DNA of 64,000 bases from Octopus bimaculoides (GCF_001194135.2 NC_068985.1:30890829-30954828), one strand, 5' to 3'. Shown: positions 1-13,590, numbered from the stretch's first letter. The notes: a model not told the origin generated them from the sequence alone. A program made the numbers and translations.

Positions 1-351
1 CATGCAGAAGATGGGTTGCACCGGAATGCCACTAGCTCTAATGTCATTAGAGTTGCACCTTTCTAGCCAGCCCACCTGGCATCACCCTCTTCTGCTCGGA
101 TCAATCATTGAGTTCAGGGACCAAACATTCTAGTAGGTATCTTTAAGATATTAGAATAAAATGGTACTACAGAGTTTGAACACATAAATCACAAACTATG
201 AATTCAATACCTATGTCATTAAAAATACTTTTGGTATAACCCTATCATAAAGAGTTAAAAATAAACTTTTCTTTTACAATTTTAGAATTATTCAGAGTAA
301 CATGTGGCTTGTTGATTTTGGTATTACTTTGGATTTTTTTTTTTGTTTCAG

Positions 352-419
352 TTATATTTAACAAAGAATTTTGGAGATTCTTGGACTCTAGTGCAAGAAA
401 ATGTGAAAGCCTTCTTTTG
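352..419 (+). CDS. SORL1: SORL1 exon, VPS10P (LYLTKNFGDSWTLVQENVKAFFW)
   Basis: tttcag acceptor, gtaact donor, phase 0-2, BNR/Asp-box-like FGDSW; 68 nt. Confidence 0.9.
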
Positions 420-799
420 GTAACTAATTATGAACTTTTATGCTCTCTTGTATTTATTTACTTATTTATCTTTGTTAGTTTTGGTTGAATGTTTCTGCAA
501 ATCTTGATGATTATTTACAAAACTTACAGGTAATTGTCTTTATTTTCAGCTAGGTTGGGCATAACAATTTTATTCTCACTGGGCCAGTTTATTTATAACA
601 CACAGTTCATTGCAGCTGGAGTGCTATTATTATTGATAAATTTATGTTAACTTGCTATTTAGACATTAGATTAGAGTTTAAGACCTGTTTTGATTCCTGA
701 CAAAAGTTTATCCATTTCACATATTTGCTAACATTCTTAAGAAAGGCATTAATATTAAATCATTTGATCTTTCTCCTATCCTTTCTAGACAATGAGATA

Positions 800-960
800 G
801 TGATAGTTGAATAAGATTACTCTTCAGTTTGAACTCTTGAAGGTCAAGTATAGGTAGAAAAACTTGGGCTGGTAAGGAGTTCCCAAGTTCTTGAGTGGAA
901 TGATCTTATTAAGTGCTTATTATGAAGTAAGAGGAGAAACAGATGAGATGATTGGCTCTA
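800..960 (-). mobile_element. Degenerate LINE (CR1/L2-like) ORF2 C-terminal relic
   Basis: Minus frame reads LGNSLPAQVFLPILDLQEFKLKSN, resembling the WNSLP...FK C-terminal motif; frameshifted, approximate ends. Confidence 0.4.
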
Positions 961-1960
961 CGTGAATGTTATATATTGTTAGCAAGTTCAGACTTCACAT
1001 TGGGCTACTTTCTTAGCCATTTGGGCTACTTTCTTATCATACAATATAACTGTGATAAAAAATTTGAGATTTAGATTTAGTAAGACAAATAATTTCTGAG
1101 ATAGGATAGTAACCTAAGACTATCAATGAAATATTTCAACATATTAAACATTTCAGATTGTTAAATCTTTGTTTAAAATGTTGTTTTATTATTAATTCTT
1201 GAACAAGGATTTCTTTTGCAGTTGAAAAATCCTTTTTGTAAAGAGAGGGGTATAGTGAGTTGTAAAATCCCAGTATCTTATGGTATTTATTTCAGTAACA
1301 ATAAGCAGCTAAAAAGTAAAAGAAATTTTTGCATAACTGTCAAGAATCTAGCAATTATTTTAACAAGTCAAATCAAAAACATGAAGGCATTGCCCATGAT
1401 ATGTAAACACTCACAAACTGGTGAATTTGTTATGGCTTATGCTTGTGTCAATGTTTACAGGAAAAACATAATTGTTGAAAACACTAGGATCTAGTCTAAA
1501 TTCTTGCAACAGAATGAATTAAAAGCAATCTGGCTTCATGTTGACTGCACCAAGAAAATACTAAATGTTTCTTGCATCATTGTTTATAATAAAGAATATA
1601 TATATTTTTTTATTACTATCAAAATTACTGATAAGGCAATGGAGACAGTTAAAACAATGGCACTGGATTAAATGATTTATAGTTGTAAACTAAGTCAATT
1701 TTTCTTTTATCCTTCTGTGATCAAGGAAATAAATATTAGTCAAGTCCCAGGGTTAATGAAATTGACAACATCTCACTCCCTCAAAATATATGATATTTTG
1801 GATTCCATCATTGAACAGATTTCTCTTTTCCCTCTCACATTGTTGCTTTATCATTATGTATAATATCATTTTACGTAAAAAAATATTAGCAGTTATTTCA
1901 TGTTCACATGAACAAACCTATTACTTGATTCAATGTCCTTTTATTTTTCCTTTATTATAG

Positions 1961-2135
1961 GGGTCAAGGGAAATATGATAATCCCAACAATATCTACGTG
2001 GAACGAATAGAACCCAATGGCCACAGTACTGTTGTCCTTTCAACAAACTTTTTCTTAGGAAGTCAACTGGCCCTTATATCAGGAGTTGAAGATTTTGAGA
2101 TCAAGGACAACTACATGTTTGCAACAAAGAAAATT
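1961..2135 (+). CDS. SORL1: SORL1 exon, VPS10P (GQGKYDNPNNIYVERIEPNG...DNYMFATKKI)
   Basis: ttatag / gttagt, phase 2-0; 175 nt. Confidence 0.93.
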
Positions 2136-2421
2136 GTTAGTATATTTTAAGTTGCCTTAAATGACTTGAGAAAGATTTTTTTTATCATTAATTGATATAA
2201 ATTTTTTAATTTTAAATTAAAAGTATACCTTTCTTAGGCTTAAATGATAGAAAAATGCATGAGGAATTCAGAATCACTGGTCGCATTGAACAAAATTTAG
2301 TAGAAGAAGAGTTATGAGTAAAATGTTACAAAATTTCATGTCAGTAAGTAAGAGAGTAAGGGAGTAATTCTTCACCTATAAGAATAAGGAATATATTTCT
2401 AAAATTAATGTTTACTTTCTA

Positions 2422-2860
2422 AGGTGGCAGGCTGGCAGAAACATTAGTGCGCCGGGTGAAATGCTTAACAGTATTTTCGTATGTCTTTACGTTTTTGAGT
2501 TCAAATTTTGCCAAGGTCAACTTTTGATGTACAGATTATTTAATTAATTTTTTTAACTAAACACTTTCAAACTTCCGATACTGGTAGAATATGTCACATA
2601 GAACAGGGTTTATTCTTAACGTTTTTGACAAAATTTTGTATTTTAGAAGCGGTATTTCGTCTGTCTTTACATTCTGATTTCAAATTCTGCCGAGATCGAC
2701 TTTGCCTTTCATCCATTTCGGATCTATTCAATTAGACGTATCGATTATTTAATTAAATTTTTTTAGCTAAACACTTTCAAGCTTCCAATACTGGTAGAAT
2801 GTGTCACATAGAGCAGGGTTTACTCTTAACGTTTTTGACAAAATTTTATATTTTAGAAGT
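2422..2860 (+). mobile_element. tRNA-derived SINE head/body followed by locally duplicated DNA-transposon-like segment
   Basis: ggtggcaggctggcagaaacattagtgcgccggg...gagttcaaatt (A/B-box-like); segment 2531-2648 repeats at about 2742-2860. Confidence 0.65.
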
Positions 2861-3734
2861 TATTTCGTCAGAAGTTACAGTGACAATGGACAAATTCGTG
2901 TTTGATAAGTGCCAATACACGAAACTCTCAGTTTTTGACTTACTCTCTAACTTCTGCCAATGATGTATATACATATTACATATATGTGTAAAAAAATTTC
3001 ATCATGCAATCGAACCAATGAAAGAGCCTCTACCTGGTCGCTTGACACGCTAAAAATAGCAGCCAAAGTATCCCCCTACCTAAATCACATGCCCATTGTA
3101 TGTAATGTCCTAGATTATCCCTAAAAAGACAGTTTGCTGTCTTTGGAATGTCTTTGATGATACGTTTGCAGTATCAGGGTTTATTTGAGGCTAAATAACA
3201 ACAACATTATGGTCAATTTCTATATTAACACCACCACAATTTTCACTTAGAAAAAAAAAAATTGATTTTTTGCATGGAATCAAGTACCCTGACCTCCTAA
3301 TATGCTGCAAATCCTTTATTTTGGTTTGGAAAAAATGAAGTGGCGGGGTTCCCTCCTAATCCCGGAATCATTGGGAATTTTTTTTTTTTGTTGAATGAAT
3401 TCCTGTGACCTCCTAATATTGCAAAATTAGGTTACTTAAAGTGAGCCTGGTAACTGATGGTTTTGGGGTCTTGTTGTTTGTAACTTTTGGTGAGCCATGG
3501 TGCAACCAACAACATGGTAAAAATCCCTGTCATTAATTTGGTGTGGAAGGGTAATATCAAATAATTCGATCACAACATATATTTAAATTAAACATGAAAA
3601 AAATTGAAATATTATCATCACTTACATGGAAAAATTGAAATATTATCTTTCAGTATTTTATAAAGTAAAATCTTAAATTATTAGTTGACACATTATTAAT
3701 TATCTTATAACAGCAATGCCTGTAAAAATCATGG

Positions 3735-4254
3735 ATTACATGGAAAAATGCAAGCATGAAAAGTAATATTCTTAAGACTATAAACCTGGAAAAGTACAGG
3801 ACAAGTTATTACACCTGTAAAAGTATAGGACAAGCTATTACTTCTAGTAAAGTAAAGAATAAGAAACTTTTTAGTTAAAATATTGCAGCTAAAATTAAAA
3901 TTTGAATATTAAAAATTATTTTATTATAGTTTACAAATAACACTATACTTATTTAAATACAATTTGGCTAATTTACTACCTTAAATACAGAAAAAAGTGA
4001 CTAATTAGACAAACTTACAAATTAGGCGAACAGTTTTGTACAATAAATTTAAAAGATGAGAACTGTAAAGAGTGATAAATTAGAAGAACTGGCATTCTTT
4101 GCCGCAATATTTTAAGTAAAAAGTTTCTTATTCTTTACTTTACTAGAACTAATAGCTTGTTCTATACTTTTACAGGTGTAATAACTTGTCCTGTACTTTT
4201 CCAGGTTTATAATCTTAAGAATATGACTTTTGTGCTTGCATTTTTCCATGTAAT
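3735..4254. repeat. Foldback / long-TIR MITE-like inverted repeat
   Basis: Arms 3735-3889 and 4101-4254 are reverse complements with about 8 differences in 155 nt; 211-nt AT-rich spacer. Confidence 0.9.
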
Positions 4255-5172
4255 AACATCTAGATTACCTCCAATTACAGTACATCAGGAAAGAATACTA
4301 TAGATAATGTTGTTCTCCATATCCCTAAAAGAAAGTGATGGTTGCAGCTGAAATATTTATAACCAAATGTCTGCTCAAGCAAGGTTTCATATAAAGAGCC
4401 AAGGTGAATTTTGCTATCATGTTGGCTTGACTGGAATCTGACTATTCACTTCCTTTCTTTCTATTTTTATAAGGTTGAAAAAAAAAATCATTTTGTTTCT
4501 ACTATTGAAATGCTTGTCATAGCACTCAGAACTTGAATGCATCGGCCCCTGCATGTAAGTCTTAGGAAAAAGATTTGGCAACTGTATTCAATTATTTGAA
4601 TGATATAAGTTGAGAGGATTCAACAAGAAAAGTAGCATTCATATAACATGTCAATTGAAAAAATGTTGCCTGACAACTAGAAAAGCCTTTCTGTTTAAAC
4701 AGTAGTCATTGGTAGATGTTATGTAGTATTGTAGGAATTTATGTCAGGATTAGAATAACATGGCAGTATATGAATTAGGAGTTGTTGACAGGTTCAAGTA
4801 CATAATGCAGTTGACTGTAGTGCAGTATGGTTATTTAGACAAAGATCGGCTCTAACTAAGCCAATGGTATTGCTGTTGTCATCATCCTGTCTTTTATTCA
4901 GACATAATGTATCTAGACTAAATATACTTTCAGCTTTAAGACAGAATGATATAATTTGAGAGAGATTTGACTGCTATTTCTACCAGGTCAAACAATTATA
5001 GAGAAGTTCTTTCATTACGTTGTAGTTATAATACATGGTCAAGTCTTGTTTGATAAAAGTGATTTTGTCAACGGCAGATTTGAGTGTCACATAATATGTA
5101 AGAGTCAGTGACCAGGTACAGTACAAGTATTGTGTCAGTTATAGATTGAATATATTATGGTAGAAAAATATT

Positions 5173-5382
5173 GGTTTCAAATTTTAGCACAAGGCCAGCA
5201 ATTTCAGTGGAGAGGGTAAATCAATTATAATGGCCCTAGTGTTCAACTGCTACTTATTGACCCTAAAAGGATGAAAGGCAAAGTCAACCTCAGTGGAATT
5301 TGAACTCAGAATGTAAAGACAGACAAAATGTTACTAAGCATTTTGCTCATCCAGCTATTAATTCTGCCAGCTCTTTGCTTTA
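5173..5382 (-). mobile_element. tRNA-derived SINE copy
   Basis: aaaggatgaaaggcaaagtcaacctcagtggaatttgaactcagaa...ttctgccagc; same family at 10871, 42413, 53756. Confidence 0.75.
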
Positions 5383-6500
5383 TAGTTTAAAAAAATATTA
5401 ATGACATTATTACATTGATGAAAGAAAAATGTTAGAAACCATGCCAAAGAAGACAGTAGAGCTTGGCGCAATCCTCTAGCTTGCCAGCTCCTGTCAAACC
5501 ATCCAACCCATGCCAGCATAGAATATGGATGTTAATAGTAGTAGTAGTAGTAGTAGTTAATAATGATGATGGATATATGTATATATATATAGTGTGTGCT
5601 TACATAGGTCAGACAGGAATCGTTGAGGTAGATTTTCTATAGCTGGATGCTTTTTTTGTTACCATCTCTGACCTGTTTCCAGGCAAGGTAGTATTTCCCC
5701 TTAGTTTGACTTGGGTATGTCCTTGCAAAAGATTGCAAACAGAATTGCACCACCTGCATGATGCTAATGTTTGTTCGCAATTAGTGTGCAATATCAAGAG
5801 AAAGAGACAAATGCATGGCTGCTCATATGCACACAGACACACATGCACATGATGGGTTTCTTTCAGTTCCTGTCTAAATTCACAATCAAAGCTTTCTGTT
5901 TGCATGGGGTTATAGTAGAAAGCACTTACATGAGGTGCCATACAGAGGAATTGAACCCAGAACCCTGTGGCTGCAATACAAACTTCTTAGCCACATCACT
6001 ATGCCTGTACCTATACATGCATGTATGATTGTATGGTTCAAAACTTTGCTTCCCAGCTATATGGTTTTCTAAGTATTTGGTTTTGAGTTCAGTCCCACTG
6101 TGTAGCACCGAGCAAGTGTGTTTTACTACAGCCGAAACCAATCAATGCTTTGTGAGTGGATATGGTCGTTGGAAACTGAAAGAAGCCTGTCATATGTAAG
6201 CACACACATGCATCTGTGTGTGTGTGTCTCCTTGTTTTGACATCACATGATAGTTGTAAAACAAGTGTTATAATCACAGAAGTGATGTCCTTCATTTCCA
6301 ATCTTCCAAGAAAACATTACTATGTGGAAATAAGACCTTACTTGGAAAGAGGTAAGAGTTGACAACTGGAAGGGTATCCATTCATAGCCTCAGAAAATTC
6401 CATGTGATTCATGCAAACATGGAAAAGTTAATATTAAAATGATGATATATGCACACACACACACACACACACAATGCATGCATGCATGCACACATACAGG

Positions 6501-6546
<46 letters not shown>
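6501..6546. repeat. (GATA)n microsatellite (adjacent (CA)n at about 6452-6472)
   Basis: Direct reading. Confidence 0.95.
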
Positions 6547-6548
<2 letters not shown>

Positions 6549-8164
6549 TTGATTCCTGTAGGCATCGAATTTAAGTGTTTACATTAAGTAAGGAAGTATA
6601 TCAAGACATTATTTAAGTAGTATTTATATATTGAATGAATTACGACAGTTGCCTCAAGTGCTTATGTTTACTGATAGGAAATAAAATTGTACTAGAAAAC
6701 CTCTTGACAGATCTCTCTAGATAACAGGCTGTGGAAGTTAAAGATATATGGCTTTATGTCTGACACTCCTTCATTTCCCTCCATTTTTGTCTTGTCTCTT
6801 ATTTTTTATTATTTTTTTGTTTTGTGTATTCTTTGTCTGTTGTTTCATATATCATCTTATCACCATCGTTCTCTCTTTCTATCATGGTTAATCTTTTTGC
6901 TTCTACTAGTCTCCTTCTCTCACAATCTTTTATAACACATGCAGTCTCACTCTTTATTTCCCTCTCTCTTACATAAATTCCTTCATGAGCTACAACACAA
7001 CCCTCAGGCTCATTGATAATGTCAGAATATTGCAATATGAATTTATAATCTGAGTTACCTTACTGTTACACAGACATTTTCATTGCATAGCAAAGAGTGT
7101 AGGAAATTTGTAAGAAATCAATATTATACAAAAGACCAATAATTTAGGTTTCTAATATCCAGCTGTTGGTTTTATCCTACTGGTTGGTTTGTTTGGATAA
7201 TAATGATGGTTATTTAAGTCCTTTACATAATTATTTACATGTATTCTCTCATTTGAGCACAAATCCAAACATGTAGTAGAGGTCAGGGGAATTTTAATAC
7301 CACCACCTAACCTTAATGCTTTGATATATACACATTTAAAATCTTCTGTTCAATATATACACACATATATATATATACTCAGTAAATTGTAAATCCGAAA
7401 GAGACGCATACTCTAAGTTGTAGAGTATATAGATAAAGATAGATATGGCTCCTCTATGGCCAAGACCGGCCATATCTATCTTTATAGTTATACACACACT
7501 CACACACACACACACACACACACAAATCAAAATAAGCAACAAGGATATCCAAAGTTAATGCAGTACGATCGTTTCCTGCGACTCCATTTATTTAAGCAAT
7601 GTGAACATTACATCAAATGTAAAATGCATACACACACACACACACATACAGACAAACATAAATATATATTCTTTTATTCGTTTCAGTCATCGACCCCAGA
7701 ATTTATTCTTTGTAAGACTAGTACTTATTCTATCAGGCTCTTTTGCTGAACCACTAAGTTACGGGGGCGTAAACACATCATGTTGTCAAGCAATGGTGGG
7801 GGTACAAACACATATACATGCATATATCGCCAAACAGAGAAAACCAGAAGATGTTTTTTTTTCTACCTAACACACATCTAAACCTCTTTTTTCAGCGCAG
7901 ATCATAATTATCTTATTATTTCATTTCATTATTCTATTTCATTATGTGCCTATGTAAACACAGTTTCGTCTTCCACACTTTATGTTTAGAGAAAAAACAA
8001 AACAAACTTTAGATCCCTTCCCTCAATCCAACTCTCCCTCTTTCTCCCTCTCTTTCTTACTCATTTATTATTGTCATTTATTCATTCATTTATCTAATTT
8101 TGTCACAGCTTGGCTGACTGAAAACTCTTGGTTATAGCTCTAGTTAAGAATGCAAATGCCCAAT

Positions 8165-9694
8165 TCTATCTTATTCATCATAGTCCTCCAGGCAATAATA
8201 GAGGAATTCAAAACAGGATGCCCCTGGGAGCTTCTCTATGCTGATGACTTTGCTCTAATAGCTGAATTACTATCAGAAGTAGAGAAGTTTCAGGTGTGGA
8301 AGCAAGGTCTAGAATCGAAGGGCACGATAGTCAATCTAGCAAAAAACAAAATCTTAATAAGTAGGAAGGCAGATAAATCACAAATTCCTTTAGGTAGATG
8401 GCCCTGCTCAATCTGTAGAAAAGTTGTAGGTAGAAACTCCATAAGATGTGCCTGGTGTAAACTATGGACACATAAGAGGTGCAGCAATATCAAAGGAAGG
8501 CTAAGTAGCAAGATAGTTTTTGTATGAGGGAAATGCTCAGGGGCAATAAACACTGAAAATGTGCAGAAAACAGCTTCTGTCACATTCCAGGGGTAAAAAC
8601 TAGAAACAGTTGATAACTTCTGTTACCTAGGTGACCAAGTCAGTAGCGGTGGGTGGATGCTCTGAGAGTGTAGCTGCTAGAATAAGAATATTCTGGGTAA
8701 AGTTCAGAGAGCTCCTACTTCTGCTGGTGACAAAGGGCCTCTCGCTCAGAGTAAAAGGCAGACTGTATGACACATGTGTACAAACATCCATGCTACATGG
8801 CAGTGAAACATGGGCCGTGACTGCTGAGGACATGCATAACCTTGCAAAGAATGAATCTAGTATGCTCCGCTGGATGTGCAATGTCAGTGTGCATACACGC
8901 CAGAGTGTAAGCACCCTGAGAGAAAAGTTAGGCATAAGAAGCATCGGATGTGGTGTGCAAGAGAGACAATTGTGCTGGTATGGTCATGTGTTGCGTATGG
9001 ATAAGAACAGCTGTGTGAAAAAGTGTCACACCCTAGCAGTAGAGGGAATCTGTGGAAGAGGTAGACCCAGGAAGACCTGGGATGAGGTGGTGAAGCACGA
9101 CCTTCAAATGTTGGGCCTCACCAAGGCAATGACAAGTGACTGAGATCTTTGGAGATATGATATGCTTGAGAAGACCCAGCAAGCCAAGTGAGACCATAAC
9201 CATGGCAGATGCCAGTGCAGCATAACCAGCCCATTTAAGAGTACCCTTCAATCATTGAGCAATAAACTGCACTTGGAAAGACCTGTTGAGGCAAGTGAAG
9301 TTGTTGCCGTGGCCGATGACAGTACCGCCTGATTGTCACCCTTGCTGGTGGCATGTAAAAAGCACCATTCGAGCATGGTCGATGCCAGTGCCAGCTGACT
9401 GGTCCCTTGCAGGTTGCACGTAAGAAGCACCATTCGAGCGTAGTCGTTGCCAGTGCCGCCTGTTCCGCTCCCATGCTGGTGGCACGTAAAAAGCACCATT
9501 CAAGCGTGGTCGATGCCAGTACTGCCTAACTGACCCTTGTGCCAGTGGAACATAGAAAGCACCCACTACACTCTCGGAGTGGTTGGCGTAAGGAAGGGCA
9601 TCCAGCTGTAGAAACTTTGCCAGATCAGATTGGAGCCTTGAGCAGCCTTCTGGCTTGCCAGCCCTCAGTCAAACTGTCCAACCTATGGCAGCAT
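8165..9694 (+). mobile_element. 5'-truncated RTE-clade LINE (RT end, PHD-like finger, C-terminus, repeat-bearing 3' UTR)
   Basis: ORFs 8150..8527 (PWELLYADD) and 8631..9143 (MLHGSETW, RQLCWYGHVLRM, GRGRPRKTW); stops and frameshifts; 3' UTR matches tails at 24.7k and 25.6k. Confidence 0.92.
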
Positions 9695-9793
9695 TTGGTT
9701 GGCCTGAGGCTATAGTAAAAGACGCCCAAGATACCACGCAGTGGGATTGAACCTGGAACCATGTGGTTGGTAAACATCATTCAAGCGTGTATG

Positions 9794-10366
9794 TCATCAT
9801 CATCAACCTCCAGTGTTTTAGATCTAGGTTTTGTCCCCGTTAACAGGAGTGGCCGGATCTACCTCAGTGCCATAGCAACTGCCCTCACACTGTCTCGCCA
9901 TCTTGCCCAGTTTTGGGCGTTCTCCCTTCTCAAGCCAACCCTCCCAATCTCCTCCTCCACATGTCCATTCTATGTTTTCCTCAGTCTATCATGATTTCAT
10001 GGTCCATTTACCTCAAACTCAAGCACCTTCCTCAGAACATGTTCCTCATCCTTCCTCAAAACATGTCCATACCACTGCACTCCATTCGCCCTTGTCAGCC
10101 ATTCCACCGATTCCCCCAACCCCAGCATTCCCATCAAGTCTTCAGCCCACCTCTTATCAAACAGTTTCCCTCCATACATTTCTCTCTTGGTCCATCTCAA
10201 AATTGCCATCTCTGCCCCCCACAAACACCATGTCTCATTCCCATACAGCATTGCAGCCCCCACACAACCCCCATAGACCTACCCTTTCATCTCCAAAGAA
10301 AACCTTTTCCCATATAACAACACCCCACGCTTCCTGAACTTAACCCAGACAAGTCTCACTCTTGCT
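9794..10366 (-). mobile_element. RTE-clade LINE 3' fragment, second subfamily
   Basis: ORF 9997..10263 (AMLYGNETW...WYGHVLRKDEEHVLRK); (GAT)n tail; truncated at microsatellite 10369. Confidence 0.85.
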
Positions 10367-10368
10367 GA

Positions 10369-10416
10369 ACACACACACACACGCACGCACGCACGCACGC
10401 CATCGCACACGCACGC

Positions 10417-10456
<40 letters not shown>

Positions 10457-10468
10457 GCACACACACAC
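10369..10468. repeat. (CA)n/(CACG)n compound microsatellite
   Basis: Direct reading. Confidence 0.95.
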
Positions 10469-10870
10469 TTGTATGTATAATCATTTTGTGTCTATTGTCT
10501 ATGCTGACATGGGTTGGATAGGACTGTGATTCTGTTCTTTAATCTCCACTTTAGACAGTTGAAAACCACATTTTTGTCATGATTTCTCTGGCTGGATGCC
10601 TTTCCTTACAGAGTGTTCTAGGTGCTTTGTATTGTACCACTAACACTACAAAGGTTTTTTAGTCTTCAGCAAGACTGAAGTGTTCTTTCTATTCTACATT
10701 TCCATCATTCACTAACCAATTTACAGAATATAGAGCAGTTGCCATCTCCCCAGCAAGAGTAAGAACTCCTCTCTGCTGTACATTGTCTACCTTCATTCAA
10801 GACAACATAACCAAGTGTAGGTGATAGAGGAGGTATTAGTGGAGAAAACACACACAGACATATTTAATAT

Positions 10871-11084
10871 TCCTTTCTACTGTAGGCACAAGGCCTGAAA
10901 TTTTGGCAGAGGGGACAAGTCAATTACATCAACCTGTGTTTGACTGGTACTTATTTTATCAATCCTGAAAGGATGAAAGGCAAAGTCAACCCCAGTGGAA
11001 TGTGAACTCAGAATGTTAAGATGGATAAAATACTACTAAGCATACTGCTCAGCATGCTAACAGTTCTGCCAGCTTGCTGCCTTA
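10871..11084 (-). mobile_element. tRNA-derived SINE copy
   Basis: Near full-length match to the 5173-5382 family. Confidence 0.75.
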
Positions 11085-11790
11085 AACTTATGTAATATTG
11101 AAGGCATGACTGCATTCAAATTGAATGTTTATTAAGATTTTTCCTTATTTATTAAAGATATTTCCTTATAAGTCCTTTTATGTTTAATATGGAACAGTAA
11201 TGTTCCTAATTCCATTACCATTTTAAGACCTTTTCAACTTTCTAAATGAAATAATAATAGAGGTACTCAGTAGGAGTGTTATGTAGGTGGCAGCTAAAGG
11301 ATTATAGAAGTGGTAATGTAATCAAGATTTAAAATTTACTGTAAACTTCTGATTACTATATACTATATCTGTATATTGATTTTTAGTTTGTATTTTGCTA
11401 TTAATAAAGTTTCTATAGTTAATTTTTTAGCTTTTGTGAAATTCTTGATAGATTAGGAGTGTTATCAATTAATGCTTTTCTATTTTGTTTTGATATTTTG
11501 TATTATAATGTACTATAGTGGCTCTTTTTTGCAAATGCATGGTCAGCTGGTGTGAAAGTTTTGTACTTGCGTGTTCACTATAACAGTTTGAGTCTTGAAG
11601 TTTACAATTTCCTTGCTTACACTGAAACATATATTAGTTGCTGAAGTACATTTTGTCGTGAAGGTTTGTAGTTTCATGTAGATGAGAAGGATTTTACTTT
11701 TGTTTGTTTTTATAAACTTTTGGTTCAAATTGTTACATTAGATGCATAAATACAACACCTTTCCTATTGGCTGTCCCTGCATTTGCAACA

Positions 11791-12150
11791 AGTGGCCATT
11801 ACAGCTATGTAGTTAAGAAGTTTTGCTTCTAAGCCACTTGGTTTCAGGTTCAGACCCACTTCATGGCACTTGGGACAAGTGTCTTCTACTATAGTCCTGG
11901 GCTGAGCAGAACCTTGTGAGTTGATTTGGTAGATGGAAACTGATAGAAACCCATCATGTGTTTGTTTGCATCTCCTTGTCTTGACATTGCACAAATGTGG
12001 TAAATAAGTGTTACTATCATACAAATAGTGTCATTCATTTCCAATATTCCATGAAAACATATCTAGCCAGGGGAAATATTATCTTACTTTTTAGCTGGTG
12101 AGGGTTAACAACAGAAAGGGTATTTACCTTAATAGACTCTGTCTAACCCA
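11791..12150 (+). mobile_element. tRNA-derived SINE (second family)
   Basis: gtagttaagaag...ggttcagacccac...gggacaagtgtcttctactatag...ggaaactga; related copies at about 6025, 29470, 58506. Confidence 0.7.
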
Positions 12151-13590
12151 TGAAAGAGTGGATGTTATAATAACAATATGTGTGTGTGTATTTTTCACAT
12201 GTTTTCCATACTGGCTCTTCCCCAGTTTATAATCCTAATCCTGTTTTAACCATATCCTTTTGGCTCACTATATCAATTTTACTATAACTTGCTCAGTTTT
12301 GTTACACATGAATTTGGTGTCCACTTCAGTTTTAACTGTGGACTTCTTGAACTTTTGTATGTTAATCTGGTCTTTGCATAGAGTCAGGGTTGTAATCCAC
12401 AAGGCATAGCTAAGATTGAAAATTATCCTGTGGTGTCTAAGGATATTTTCATATAGTAAACATCAAAGAAAAATTTTCATGGGTCTTTTAAAATTGGAAG
12501 TAAGTTCAAGAACAAAATGAGTTCAAAAAAGAAAGAAAGACTAAGTATGTGTCACTTCCATGATTGTTCACAAGGAGGTTATATTTAAATTTCAATAAAA
12601 GTTTAATGAGAAAAATCAGTATAAGTAGGATAGTCAAGTGATTTATAAGAAGTGTTTTATTATTCCTGTCAAACTGATAATATAACTCATATTTAAAGTG
12701 TTTAGACAAATGCTATTAGCAACGTAAGTAAAGTAGCTGGCTGTGGGTAGAAAATTTGTGTATATAAATTTCCATCACAAAGAAGTTTAACTCTTTAGCA
12801 TTTCAACTGGTCACATGTGGCCCAAATATTGATTCTGTGTTTAAAGTGGCCAAATCTGGCCTCCCACATCTACAATGTCATTCTAAAAATAAGCAGTCAC
12901 ATCATAGCTGTTTCAAGGCTACAAGATAATGCATTATTAATTAAAAAGAATGCAAATAAGCATTACATTTAACAATCGGAATGTTAACCCTTTTAATCTT
13001 AATCCTTTTGATATCAATCCACCTGATTCTACTTCTAGATCTATGATGCCAAGTCTCCCATTAAAAATGTTCATATCTAAATTAAAACCTTCTCTCATTT
13101 TCTTGAAGAACACCTCTCAGTTGCATTCTGAATATCAATTAATAAAGTTAATTTGCAAAATTCCTACAAATTTGTCATTATTTTCAAAATGAACTGAAAT
13201 GCCTAGGCATTGTATTTCATTAGAAATATTCTCATGAAAGTATTAAGATATTCTACTGAGTCTCAAGTATTATGATCTGCATCACCATCATTATCATTGA
13301 TTTAAAATCTACTTTTCCCTGCTAGCATGGGTGAGACAAATCTTATTGAGGTAGGTTTCTCTATGACTGGATACCCTTTCTGTTACCAACTCTCACCTAT
13401 TTCCAAGCAAAGTAATAACTTCCTTAGTCCTCTGAACAATAAACAGCTCAGTGTCTGACCATATTATAACAGAAGATATATATTATAACAGAAGAAAATA
13501 TATACTGTTTGCATGAATATGGTGACTGTTTACAATTAGAGTGTGCATGTCAAAGATAGACATATATGTATATATATGTGCATATGTGTA

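Noticed and set aside
9903-10337. Pro/Ser/His-rich ORFs of 134-144 aa
   Set aside because: Antisense shadows of the minus-strand RTE fragment
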